Shown: piece after piece, positions 1 to 12,242 of the stretch
Layout of the letters: every line of letters starts with the position of its first letter
Position numbering within the stretch: the first letter of the stretch is position 1
DNA from: Lophium mytilinum
Lineage: Eukaryota
Length of the DNA stretch: 64,000 bases
NCBI GenBank assembly: GCA_010093605.1
Contig: MU004182.1
Coordinates: forward strand, 653,032-717,031
Direction of reading: 5' to 3'
The notes under the pieces: generated by a model
What the model saw: the letters and a program-made list of their open reading frames with translations, nothing else
What the model was told of the DNA's origin: nothing
Database searches by the model: none
Made by a program: the position numbers and the translations under genes

Positions 1-545
1 CAGCAGTCACTATATAAGCAGACCAGTAGGTGCGAGACGTAGACACAAGTATACGAGAGAAAGTAACGCTATTGCAGCGAATATGAATATATCTTTGTAG
101 CGTACCGCACGTCTAGGGTTCTACGCGGTCTATTTATCGCTAAAATGACATCAGTAGCTCCCTGGCGACGAGCTCCCAAAAAATCAGTGGTCCTCATTGA
201 TGTTTCAGCTTCCCGCCCACCTTCCTTGGGGGGTACCGGAACGGGACTCTAATATGTCATATGAGAAAGAGGGAAGAGCAGACTGCGACAATCCGGATAA
301 ACTTGCGTCCCGTAGATCCCAACGAGGCTGGAAAGCCTGAAGTTGCTGATCTCGGCATTCCTTCTCTGAGTTCGCGCTGTCACAGGATGGATGCCCCGGA
401 TACGTCTCTTCGTTTGTTCATTGGGCTAGGCTCCTTCCAATCCCCTCAATCTAGATTATAATATGAAATGATCGCCCCAGGCCCAGCCCCGTCCCAACCG
501 AAATTTTGATCCGTCTCTTTTCGCACTCCAAACAGTAACTGGACC

Positions 546-2258
546 ATGGCGACCCAATACAGCGATGAGTATGATGTCGTCGTTGCCGGATCTGGAATTG
601 GTGGTCTTTCAGCCGCCATCACCGCCGCCGAGCGAGGTGCGCGTGTTCTCGTAGTAGAAAAGCTCGATAAGCTGGGAGGGGTCACCGCATTGTCGTCTGG
701 AGTATTATGGCCAGGACCCAATTCGCTTTCAGAGAGCTTGGGCTTTGAAGACTCAGTTGAAGAAGCCCAAGCATATATGAACACGATTACGCGCGGCTTG
801 GCCAAGGAGGACCTGAAGCTGGGATATCTCGCTAGGAGTCGTGAAGCCATTCAATACTTTACCGACAAGATTGGGGTTGAATTACAGGTCATTCGAGGCG
901 TGCCAGACTATTATCACCCGTCTGTCCAAGGTTCCAAGGTCGAGGGGCGCTTTCTGGAAAGCAAGCCTTTTTCTGGCAAGCGCTTGGGGATGTGGACTGA
1001 CAAGGTGCTCACCTCACCATATGGACCCGCCTTCAGCTATGTCACAGGCACAGAATGGGCTGCGTCGCAGACCGGTAAGGCGAACATCGTCGAGAGCCTT
1101 CAACAGCACGTCCAGGAAGATGAACGCTGTGGGGGCGCTGGATTGTCGGCCGCCCTCGTCTACGCCGCGCTCCAGCACAACGTGGAGTTTCGGACTTCGA
1201 CCGCGCTCGCGGATTTGATTGTGGAAGATGGAAGAGTTGTAGGAGTGCTTATTGAACCAGTGGCGTCCTCGTCAGGGGGGGATGGGGTTACGAATGACAC
1301 TACGAAAGGAACTGGGAATCATGAAAAAGCACTTCGGCTGCAAGTACGGCAAGGAGTAGTTATGGCAATAGGGGGTTACGATTGGCGAAAGGATCTAGTA
1401 CAGGCATTTGACGGACTGAAGGAGTGTTCCACCATGGTGCCACCTACAATCACCGGAGACCACATCGTCATGGCATCAAAGGTCGGTGCTATTCCGATCC
1501 CGGCACGACTTCCAGGCCAAAGTCCTATATTCGTCGGGTATCGCGTTCCAGGAGAGGTCATCTTTGGGTATCCGTCATCACGTTTATTACTGGCAGGCGC
1601 TCCCCACAGCATTATCGTGAATCGAAAGGGGCTCAGATTTGCGAACGACGGCTTTTATCCCCACGTTGTCGAGCAGGTTACCCGATATGGCAGCCAGATG
1701 ACACACATGCCCAATTGGCCCGCCTGGCTGGTGTTCGACCAGAGCATGCTCGACAAGTATGGTTTGGCACCGACCTATCCTGGACAGCCACTTCCCGAAG
1801 GCCTTGCCATACAGGCCGATAGCATCAAAGAGCTTGCTGAGCGCGCTGGCATTGACTCAACCGGTCTGAGCGAAACTGTGGACCGATACAACGGCTACTG
1901 TGAAACAGCCACGGACCCTGAATTTGGCCGCGGCACGTATCCCTGGTCTGCAATTATGGTGGGCGACTATCGATTGAGGAACCCCAACATGGCAGAGCTT
2001 GCTCGAGGCCCATTCTACGCGGTTCAATTGGTTCACGTGTCGCTCGGTTCGGGAACTGCAGGTCTGTCAACTGATGAGCATGGCCGGGTTCTGACGGTGC
2101 TGGGAGCACCTATTCCTGGCCTCTTTGCAGCCGGGAACTCCACAGCCTGGCAAGACTGGGGTGGAGGTTATACGAGTGGCGTGGCTGGAATGCGTGGGAT
2201 GATTTACGGGCATCGGGCGGCATTGCACATGACATCAGATGTCTCCCCTAAGCTGTAG
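546..2258 (+). CDS. FAD-dependent oxidoreductase, 3-ketosteroid-delta1-dehydrogenase (KstD)/fumarate reductase flavoprotein family
   Basis: Intronless 570-aa ORF. N-terminal Rossmann motif DVVVAGSGIGG, then GGVTALSSGVLW, PDYY, VNRKGLRFAND, GPFYA and IPGLFAAGN, all typical of FAD_binding_2/KstD-like proteins. Confidence 0.85.
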   Translation: MATQYSDEYDVVVAGSGIGGLSAAITAAERGARVLVVEKLDKLGGVTALSSGVLWPGPNSLSESLGFEDSVEEAQAYMNTITRGLAKEDLKLGYLARSREAIQYFTDKIGVELQVIRGVPDYYHPSVQGSKVEGRFLESKPFSGKRLGMWTDKVLTSPYGPAFSYVTGTEWAASQTGKANIVESLQQHVQEDERCGGAGLSAALVYAALQHNVEFRTSTALADLIVEDGRVVGVLIEPVASSSGGDGVTNDTTKGTGNHEKALRLQVRQGVVMAIGGYDWRKDLVQAFDGLKECSTMVPPTITGDHIVMASKVGAIPIPARLPGQSPIFVGYRVPGEVIFGYPSSRLLLAGAPHSIIVNRKGLRFANDGFYPHVVEQVTRYGSQMTHMPNWPAWLVFDQSMLDKYGLAPTYPGQPLPEGLAIQADSIKELAERAGIDSTGLSETVDRYNGYCETATDPEFGRGTYPWSAIMVGDYRLRNPNMAELARGPFYAVQLVHVSLGSGTAGLSTDEHGRVLTVLGAPIPGLFAAGNSTAWQDWGGGYTSGVAGMRGMIYGHRAALHMTSDVSPKL

Positions 2259-2723
2259 TAAGTGTAAAACTTTATCAGGCTTAATAGCTAGATGTGAGAG
2301 AACATGTCAAGCAAGGGAAGACAAGAAGAGGGTGAACTGGTCGTGCTTGGTAAAGCAGGCTATAAAAACTGGGAGTGATCGTACTAGTATTGACATGTCG
2401 CTGTCTCTTACTATTAGGAAGGAACATCTCTGTCCCGGTCGCAAAACGACCCAAGGCTGTTAGGAAAGGAATTGGTTTACTTGAATGGAGGTCTGGCAGG
2501 GGTTCTACTTCATCATGAGCTTAACATGGTGGTCCCGTCATTTCCAAGTTCTTATGATCGGAATGATAATCTAGAGATTATTTCCAAGGGTTCATGCTAT
2601 TTGGGATATTTTAAGTAGGAAACACCTGTGTTCCTGACATAAGTAGGCCCGTTGTTTAAAGCTGTTGATGTATCTGATGCATTGCTCTTTAGATATGCTT
2701 AAGGCATCTTCATGCGTGACTCA

Positions 2724-4519
2724 TCAGAACAAGTTATCAACGTCGATCTCTGCCTCCCGTCTGCGAATCTCCAAGTTCGTTTTGTGGTCAGCCGCAAGAT
2801 GCCAGCCGTGGACGAAGGGTTTCGGTGTTTGTCCAGCTGGAAGTTTCCAATCATACTTCAACAGAATGTGACACATAATGATTTTGATCTCATTTGACGC
2901 AAAGAACCGGCCAGGGCACGCATGGTCCCCATGCCCGAAACCAAGGTGGTTTGGACTGGTGGTCACAAACTGACCGACGTTTTCCTTGCCTGGCTGGGCT
3001 CGCATCTTCAGGAATCGGTCTGCCACAAATTTGTCGGCATCAGGGTAGATTTCGGGATCCCAGTGTTGCGTCGAAGAAGCTGCGAATACTTGACCTGGGC
3101 GAAGAATGGTTCCGTCCGACAACTTGATCTTCTTGATAACAATTCGTCGAAGGGCAGCTAACATCAAGCTTAACGTTAGCTCGATGAAGACGAAAATAGA
3201 TGGTTAATGAGAGAACACCTGGGCTAACGTACTGTCATTGATGGGGCGAAGCCTCTGGCTCTCCTTCATGGCGCTATCAAGTAGTTTCATGTTGTATAAC
3301 GACGTCTTCTTCCAACCGTCCTTTCCCAGAACAGCAATCACTTCTTCGCGAAGTGGCTGAATGTATTCTGGGAACTGAGCCAGGTCAAACATCAATTGCG
3401 TAATCATGTCGGCGGTGGTGTGGATTGCAACGAAGGATAAGGTCAGTTGCGCGTATACAGGGTCGTAGTGTCGGCCCTGAGCAACATCCTGGCACCATTC
3501 GATGGCATCCACATACTCGGGCTTCTCTCCCCTGGCTTTCAAGCTCGCACGATCCTTAAGGACCTTACCGATGAGACCTCGAGCATCGCTTACCTGTTGG
3601 GTCAGCGCCTGAACCTTTGTCAAGTATGGAGCAACGATTCGCCGAAAAATGGCTGGGTACGAATTTAGCTGGAAAACCGTCGCGGCCACGTAGGTCGTAT
3701 ATGTTGTGGTTATCTTCAACCACGCTGGATCCCTGCACAGCTTATCGCCCAGGAACAGACGAGAAGAGACACGAGCAACACCATTGAGGAGTACTTGCTG
3801 TGGATTGATGCTATGCCACTCTGAGGAACGTCAGGCAAAGAGTGTTGCTTCATGGTTCTGGCCGCCTACCTTTGTTATCTGTGAAAGATTCTTGGAGCGT
3901 TAGGGCAGTCTCATCAGAGAGTGGCTGTGTCACACCCCCTGGTAAAGGATGTCAGCTGCCAGTACTGTTGTTACACGCTTGCGTTTAATGCGTCGCATTC
4001 AACCCACCGAGTGCCTGAGTAAGTTTCAATTTGACAGCGTCTTGAACGATGCCTTCACCGTAGCCGAATTCGTAGAAAGCTTCTAAGCCCGGGTAGTGAG
4101 CGTTCACCATCTGCGATCCACCGAAATCAGTATGTGTGGCTATATGGAAGATATAACTCCTCGTAAGCGATCCGACATACCTTGGCTATTGCTCTGGCAT
4201 GGCTGACGTCCTCCAGGTTCCGTAGTTCGTCTATGTATTGAGGTCCAAAGACTAACTCGTACCCATGGTCAGTCATCATATTGAAAGGCTTGCCGCCAAA
4301 CTTCTTTAAGCCTTCCCGTAGCATCTGACGTCCCCGAATCGTGTATTCTCGCTTCTGTCGTTTTTGGGAAAATTCGAAAGGTTTTGGTCCATTGATCACT
4401 GGAAATCTGTAGATTTCATACCGCCGGTAGAACACGAACAGCAGGTAAATGGGGACAAGACCAGCAAAGATCTGTAGGTACCAGTGCTGGAGGAAATTTG
4501 GAAGGTCGTTGAGCAGCAT
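2724..4519 (-). CDS. Cytochrome P450, multi-exon (resembles the ent-kaurene oxidase/CYP68-like terpenoid-oxidising clan)
   Basis: N-terminal membrane anchor, I-helix VAIHTT, ExxR motif KESQR and heme motif FGHGDHACPGRFFA. Spread over ORF pieces 4127-4519, 3204-3719 and 2724-3167, separated by GT-AG introns. Confidence 0.92.
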
Positions 4520-5557
4520 TTTACTCGTATAATCGAAGGTTGTGCTATCAGCAAAGGAGCTGTCCTGATTGTATAAGAAAAGCAGGTCTTACACAGACGA
4601 CAACAGTTGAAATTGATGTCAGAAACGACAAGTAGTCAAAACAAGCTCAATTGGCAGTTCACAGCTTTGAGTACTGGACCCCACGGGGAAGATCTGCGGG
4701 ACTCGGATAAAAGCCATCCGTTGGATCCGAGCAATCTAAATCTACAAGGTGCGGCCCGCGGAGGTTTTCCCCGCATAACTTTCGAGGCCGACCCCCGCGT
4801 TTGGTCCCGTGGCGCTTCGGTCGTCGTCAGCAGGATGAAAGTGACTGGACCATAACCCCACGCTGGTGCCTAATTTATGGACCTGCATTGACTTGTTATC
4901 AAACTGGCGGAGCGGCTGGTTGCAGCTCCGACTCCACTTTCCTACCGCCGCTAAAGACAACCTTTGAAGCTACTAATGGTCTTCGGAAAAGTTAGAAAGG
5001 CGGAAGCAATCGCTTGAGGGTCAATGCGAAACGTTGTAACACACTTTTGCCTCCGATTCTCCTGACAAGCATCGGCCCTCATCAATATAGAAAGCAGCAG
5101 TGAGCTGAACTGGAAAAAGGATCATGTTCCCGATTCCACCATTTACGCCCAATTACTTTTCGAAAGCAGTCGATGTGCTTGCTTCCTAGGATAAAGGTCA
5201 AGAGTTTGTAAGGTAGATTGAATTTAACCTGATCTTGTACTGAGGTGAATGAGGGTGTGTATGCACGTGATGAGTGAAAATGATGATGATTTATGGCTAG
5301 GTACAAAAGGAGGGAAATCAAATCCCAAGGCGGGAGTTTGTTTCATACGCCTGCAGTCTCTTCATGCGTTAACGTGATAGCTTACGCTTACTGAGAATGA
5401 GACGTCATGGCGATTTCCGATTGCGGTAGGTCACAGTTTCGCGGTTGGAAGCAGCAGTCATCTTTCAAAGGCGGATCAATGGCATTTCCAGCATGCACAA
5501 GGATGTTTCCATGACTAAATACCAGCATACGACTGGCGTAGCTAGACTGAATTGCAT

Positions 5558-6552
5558 TTACAGGAAGTGTGCAATGTTTGAAATTTTGCCAATCTTCTCG
5601 AACTGAACCTCGACCAGCGAGCCGTCGGGAATGCCATGAGTCTTGCCCTTGTCAGTGAACCATTGGCCACCTCCACAAGTCCCTGTGAATACGACGGTGC
5701 CTGGTTGAACAGTAGTCCCTTGGATGATTGTTAGTCTCTTGTGTAGCTCGTTAGATGAATAGTACAGTGAGAGTCGCCTACCTGTAGCCATAGCCGCAAC
5801 CACTTCCGCAACATTGAATGTCATATTCTTAGTATTGTCCTGCTGAACGACCTTGCCATCCACGATGGTTTTCAATTCGATGGCAGGTGGAACTCCAAGA
5901 ACTTCAGCATTCACCAAAACCGGTCCGATTGGCGTGAATTCGTCGAACCCCTTGGACCATATGTAGTTCATAGCACCAAGTTTGGGCCCTGGACGAGGAG
6001 ACACATCGTTTCCTACGGAATATCCGATGATCTGCTTCCCTGCTTCCTCAACTGTGACATCTTTGAAGGGCTCGTATCCCACTAGAATGATTAGTTCGCC
6101 CTCATAGTCGAGCGAGTCTTGTTGGACCGGATGCACGTTGATTTTCGCATATGGACCAGCGAGACAGGTTGGTGGTCGCCAGAAGAGATATGGGCGGGGA
6201 GGTGGAAGGTTCTGCAAGCACATTCATCTGTCAACAACCACAAGCCTTTCAGTTTCAGAGACACGAGGGAAGAACGGACCTGATATCCAACCTCTGTGGC
6301 TTCCTTGACGTGGTCATTATAGTTCAACCCTGTTTGTACCACGATCGGAACATCTGCCGCGGGCGGTAATAGGTCCTTCTTATCCACTGTTACAGTCTCT
6401 CCGGTGAACTCGATGTTGCGTTTGACAGGATTTCCGGTGACGATCTCCGCTTTGATCTTATCATCTAAATCACCATTCTCTTTTGGGTTGACAAGTTGCG
6501 CGAAAGTTGGGGAACCTTTGTGGTTGAATCGTATGAGATGAGTCCACGACAT
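5558..6552 (-). CDS. Fumarylacetoacetate hydrolase (FAH) family protein
   Basis: Motifs GLNYNDH, LDYEGEL, GYSVGNDVS, SKGFDEFTPIGP and VFTGT. Two apparent introns. Confidence 0.9.
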
Positions 6553-7221
6553 CTTGGATTGCTATTGAGTGAATGTTTGATTCAAAAAGTATGATTCTTG
6601 GCTGGAAATGGCTCAGGTAGACACACAGCTCGCAGACAGGACTGTTATATTGCTCCAATTACCGATATGTCTCAAGGACTCGTTTGAACACTTTATTAGT
6701 TCGTAACAGTAGCACCGGATCCTTTGCACCCGAATCTTCGTCATTATTGGGGATTTTTACTCTATCAGTCCGATTTCTCGACGTGTTCGGATATTTTGAT
6801 CATGTCAATCGCCCGACAACATTCTCCCGGCCCGGCACCCCACAGTCTTGTATTGTCGCTCTCGGGTCACGTATTAGCGGCAAAACTATGTAACATATTC
6901 CAGAGCAGAGAGAATATCGCTTACTAACTCTATAAGCAGCTCTGGGGCAAGGAGCGGGGAAAGTTAGGCATGCCTTGCTGTCTAGGCCTTGTTCGCAGGC
7001 CACACTGCCACATTAATGGGATTGGAAGCCACATTGGGGGCAGTGTATGCTTGGCATCTGCGAGGGCGGAAGCAATCATGGATGCAAATGAGCTTCATTC
7101 AAAGTGATTTGGTGTTATAAGGAGACGAGCTATACATTTTCAAAACTAAACTCCAGCGATAGATTTCCAGCTCAATCCATCATTCTTGAGGAGCCAAAGT
7201 CATCCTACCACTACTCTCGTG

Positions 7222-8076
7222 TTAAGCCCAGATGTACGAGGAGCTGATGGTATTAAACATTATCCATTCTCCCAGTCTCTTGCCGGGGTCAGAGCCGCCA
7301 GCTGCAGCGGTGACCAAAAATGGGACGAAATGTTCATCTTTCCCAGGAGGTTGCACGTAATCAGCATCTGGGAAAGACCTCCACTTACTCAGCCCATCCA
7401 ACCGCTTCTTGAGATTCTTGTCCGTCGACACTTCCTCCAGTTTTTCTTCAAATTCTCGGTTGCTCCGTGGGCTCGATGCTCCGGGGACGCCCATGATAGG
7501 TTCAATGATGGATGCAAAATTGTGGTACGTGTGCCCACTTCCGAGAATTGCCCAGCCTTCGTCGCGGAAGGGCTCCAGCGCTTTTCCCAGGGCGAAAGAC
7601 TCCTTGATGACCTTTTCAGCGTCTCCCTGTGGAATGGAGACTTGAACGACGGGAAGGTCGGCTTGTGGTCGCATGAGCATCAGTGGTGTCCACACACCGT
7701 GATCCCAACCCCGTTCCTCGTCCAGCTCAGCTTCCAGGCCTTGTCGCTCCGCGCTCTCCTTGATCCGACGTGCGAGTTCTGGGTCTCCAGGAGCATCGTA
7801 GACAATTTCCCAGGCTTCTTTTGGCAGCGGGTTTCCGGGGACAGGAAAGTAATCGCAGTAAATTGGCGGCTTTGCGGCTGATGAGATGTATGTCTTGTCG
7901 GCCTCCCAGTGTGCAGTCACAACAATCACCCCTTTGCATCCATCCAGCACCCAAGCAGTCTCCTCACAGAGATCAATTAGGGGCTGCTGGGAAGGTGCCT
8001 TCAGGATTGCCAATGGACCTGCTCCATGCGAGACAAAGAAGGCGGGAGCACGTTTTGGGGTCTCTTTGATGGCCAT
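7222..8076 (-). CDS. Extradiol ring-cleavage dioxygenase, LigB/DODA (YgiD-like) family
   Basis: Intronless 284 aa. Motifs FVSHGAGP, TAHWE, RGWDHGVWTPL, ILGSGHTYHN and EHFVP. Confidence 0.9.
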   Translation of the reverse strand: MAIKETPKRAPAFFVSHGAGPLAILKAPSQQPLIDLCEETAWVLDGCKGVIVVTAHWEADKTYISSAAKPPIYCDYFPVPGNPLPKEAWEIVYDAPGDPELARRIKESAERQGLEAELDEERGWDHGVWTPLMLMRPQADLPVVQVSIPQGDAEKVIKESFALGKALEPFRDEGWAILGSGHTYHNFASIIEPIMGVPGASSPRSNREFEEKLEEVSTDKNLKKRLDGLSKWRSFPDADYVQPPGKDEHFVPFLVTAAAGGSDPGKRLGEWIMFNTISSSYIWA

Positions 8077-8798
8077 ATTGGATATGTACGATGGAAGATG
8101 ATGCTAAAGCACGAGAGAGCAACAACGATTGCTTAGAAAACTTCCACTACTTCTCGGGTTCTCCGCCGGTGATTAATAGACAGTGGGCTGGATTGCCCTA
8201 GCATATCGGTTAAATGCCTTCCGGTAAGGCTGCAGTAGTGGTGGCCTGACTTCCGGGTCACTGTGTCGGTTGCCTTGGTTTTAACCGATGATCGTTCCGA
8301 GTTCAGTGCAGTTGAGTCCTGATTGGAAGAGAGTTTCCTGCAGGTCAGGAAACTCTCCAATGCTGCCCGCCTAAGACGCGGACAACTAAGTGAGGGGGAT
8401 CGGCATGAGACCTTCCAGATTAATTTGGGCAATCCCACCCAGGAGCCAAGAGTATCATGTCGATATTACTACCGACGCCACGGCAACGGGCTTTGACATC
8501 ATTTACTGTCCCAGGGCTCTTGATCACTTACCGCGAAAGCCTTGCAAGCCATCGTGACAGAGTAACGCCGCCTCCTACATCCATGGTAGTGCCCAATTTT
8601 CCATATCGCAATTAGTTCGAGGGTGGTATAGTAGACGGTCTTCTTCTTCACCGTAGCGCACAAGCTCAAGACGGAGACAGGAGTGAGAATGCTAGATAAA
8701 TCTATTCCAATGCATTTCAACCGTTGACTCCGATCTTAGGATCCGGCTTGTCGTTTATCAGACTACCGCTAAAGCTTATCTCCAACACAGTGAAATAG

Positions 8799-10235
8799 TC
8801 ATGGTACCCAGACACTTACTACAAAATCTTCAATGTCTTGTAGAAAGGCGTCGGGCGTTTCTAATGCAGCAAAGTGGCCTCCTTCACTATGTATCCTACT
8901 CCATTCCAGGTTCCCAGTCGATCGAACCCACGAAATCGGGGTTGGTGCAATCTCGTAGGGGAAGAATGAGAAGCCCAGAGGCTTATGGATAAAGTACTCG
9001 GGCAACTCATGATATGGAGAGTGCAGCGCGTCGCGGTATGGGTATAGACAGCGGGCGATGGTCTTGGTAAACCAGTATACTGTGGCTGCATCGAGTATCA
9101 CTGAGAGTGGGGGCTTCTGGTGTGACCAGGTCAAGTACTTCTCCCCTATCCTGTCATCGGAGAAGTGATCAGTAGTATGCCGCAAAGGAGGCTGTTGGAT
9201 CAGACTTACCAACTCAGCAATGCAACGGGGTTTGAAGATAGCACGAATCCAATTGTAGCCGGCCTAGTGGCATGCTCCAAGGCGTAGGCGAACTCAGTCA
9301 TAGAGGACAGCTTAGTTCGTTCCAGTGCAGTCTCTTCGATGGTACTCTGTGCTTCGCCCGCGGCATCGGTACTCTGTGGTTTTTGCATGCCACAGAAGTT
9401 CACTAGTGTTTCCAAAGGGCTGACTCAGGGATGGTATATTTGTGCGAAAGGGTTCGAAACTTACAGTGAACTGCCTTGCATTCTTCAAATTTTGATCCGA
9501 GTATCCTCGCCAAGTAACTCCCAATATCACCGCCTTGGGCAACATATCCGTCTGCAAAGCCCAGACCAATCATCATAGAGTTGGTGACCCAAGCAACGTC
9601 GGCAACCGTTGTATTTGACTTGACTGAAGGCCCCGCGGAAAAACAGTAACCAACTATGCTGGGAACAATTATGTGGTAGGGCAGAGTTGATGGGGTGTAG
9701 CGCTTTCTGACAATGTCGAGACACGGCAGGAATTCCATGAAACTTCCTAACCCTAGGTCAGCGTCTCGTTCGAGCTGCATTTTCATAATCAATATCGGGC
9801 GTAATAGTACCAGGCCAACCATGTAGCATCACGATTGGGATAGCGTCTGGATTCTTTGAAAAAAGTGCAACAAAGTGAATGTTATAGTCCGTTCCCCCCT
9901 CATCGGTCACCGAAACCTGGTAATTGGGGAACGAGTTTATGCGTTTCTCGGTCTGACGCCTACACAGAATTGTTTAGAGGGTTGGCCCTTTCTTGCTGTT
10001 GCAGCTCTCAAGAAACTCACCAGTCGTATTGATCTTTCCATGAGCGGAGCGCATTGGAAAGCCATGCATGAGAAATCCCTACACTCCCATCTTCTTTCAG
10101 GTTCTCATACGTCTCGGGCGCAATATCAGCGAGATCTAGGTGCTGGTAAAGACGCGCGACCTCCGAATCAGGGATCGATACTTGGAACGGTGTTGGCTTT
10201 GACGTGGATCGTGGGGGTATCGTGGAGAATTCCAT
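8799..10235 (-). CDS. Epoxide hydrolase (microsomal EH type, alpha/beta hydrolase), multi-exon
   Basis: EHN N-terminus (PTPFQVSIPDSEV...YDWR), HGWPGSFMEF across an intron, nucleophile elbow QGGDIGS and catalytic His in GGHFAALE. Exons splice in frame when read manually. Confidence 0.92.
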
Positions 10236-10550
10236 GGTGTAGCATTGGATCACCAATTCAGTCACAAAGAACCTCAATTCGAATTCATTCAGTGGTCTAA
10301 TGGCATTCTTGAGAACCTTCGATTTGTGAGCCTAGGTTGCATGGCAGTCGATGTTACCGTGAACGGCTATTCCTATCTACCAACTCCGGTGGTTGGGACG
10401 AACCAGGGGTCTGCGGGAAAACCAAAGACGCGCTCCGTAACCCGAATTTCGTCAACTTCAGCGACACTACGTACTATTTGGTTTTCTCTTCTCATATCCG
10501 CGTCTTACAGAACATCGTCTACTGGTGTGGTTTCTTCCATCTACAGTGAA

Positions 10551-12242
10551 ATGGCAAACTTGCCAGCATTGTTCAGTATTTCGAATATAGCTTTTGGGGT
10601 AAAGGGTCAAATCACTCAGTGCCATATACTCAAACTAAGAAACCCAAACAGGTCCTATTATACTACTTCGTAAGGACAGTGTACCGTCTCTTCTTGCACC
10701 CACTATCCAAAGCGCCTGGACCTTGGTATCTGGCCATTTCAACCATCCCCGGCACATACTACATATGTATCAGTGGGCGCTGGAACCTGGTCAACCGCGA
10801 ACTACATGAGCGTTATGGGCCAATTGTCCGGGTTGGGCCACACAAGCTCAGTGTAAGGGGAGAGATTGGATGGCAGGCAATCTACGGCCACAAGGCGCGC
10901 GATGCCGAAGAATGGTCCAAATGGCCAGACTTCTTTCCGAATATCCCGAAGGACATCGTTACTGCACCCACCGCTGAACATCGCCGGCTAAGGAGGGAGA
11001 TCCTTCGCGCTTTCTCAGACAAGGCGATCCAAGAGCAGCAAGCCATATTCAATCACTACGCAAAGATTTTGATATTGCAATGGAAGAAGCGAGACCAGAC
11101 CGTCATTGATGTTGCCAAGTGGTTCAATTTCTTCACATTCGACACATTTGGCGATCTCGCTTTTGGGGAGCCATTTGGCTCACTTGAGGGTGGCGAGTCT
11201 CATCCATGGGTCAGTCTGATCTTTGACAGTATCAAGATCAACAAAATGTCAGGTTTCCTGGAGGAGTTTCCGTTGCTCAAGCAACTTGCGATTCTGCTTA
11301 CGCCCGCGGAGATCAAGCGGCGCGCCAGCGAGCATTTTGAACTCAGTGAACAAAAAATCAGACAGAGACTGGCACGGGGCGCAAACGACCGAAAAGACTT
11401 CGTCTCTTACATTTGGAAGTCCGATGGAACAGGATTGACCCAGCAGGAACTTGAGCGAAATGCTTCCACATTGATTGTCGCCGGCAGCGAGACCACGGCA
11501 ACGACATTGTCTGGTCTGGTGGATTACCTTTTGAAGAATCCTAAAAAATATGCTCGACTCACGCACGAGATTCGCTCGACTTTCAAAGCGGACGACGACG
11601 AAGTGACCCTGCTAGACACCGCAAATGTTCCTTACGTCCACGCATGTATCGAGGAGACTTTACGACTATTTCCAGCTGTGCCAGTTGGAGCCCCTCGGCA
11701 GGTGGGCGCAAGCGGAGGACACATTGAGAATTACTATCTACCTCCGAAAGTAAGTGCCCCCCTATGCTTTGAATATCGAACGGTGTCCGTCGGGTAGCAC
11801 AATCACAAGAGTTAACACGGCGCGCATTGCTTTGCTAGACCTTACTTGAAGTTCCCCAGTGGGCTACACACAGAGCCAGCGTCAACTTCCGCGATCCCGA
11901 TGACTTCGTTCCAGAGCGGTGGCTGCCGACCGATCATCCTTGGTACGATGCGAGATATGCCAATGACAATAAAGGTGTCGTTCAGAGCTTTTCATACGGA
12001 CCACGTGCCTGTGTGGGAAAGAAGTAGGCCCTCCACCCAGTAGACTTACATGGGCTTTGCCTTGCTAATCGATAAACAGCCTTGCCTACCACGAGATGAG
12101 ATTTATCACGTCTCTCATTTTCAAGAACTTCGATCTCGAGCCCACACCAGAAGGGGCTGGCTGGGTAGAGAGGTGTGAGCATTACTTCTTTTGGGATAAG
12201 CCACCCTTGCCAGTCAAACTGAAGGCTGTGGCGGTGAAGTGA
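10551..12242 (+). CDS. Cytochrome P450 (CYP65/CYP60-like), multi-exon
   Basis: Predicted start MANLPALFSISNIAFG followed by an intron. Motifs HPLSKAPGP, AGSETT, EETLR, PERW and heme motif FSYGPRACVGK. TGA at 12240-12242. Confidence 0.9.

Noticed and set aside
9745..9760. CCTAACCCTA telomere-like or telomerase-template-like word
   Set aside because: Single short match at an intron/exon junction of the epoxide hydrolase gene.
280..10500. Recurring CGGATA in cluster promoters as the Zn2Cys6 binding site
   Set aside because: A 6-mer at roughly chance frequency. I did not find it in the dioxygenase promoter, and it occurs outside the cluster.
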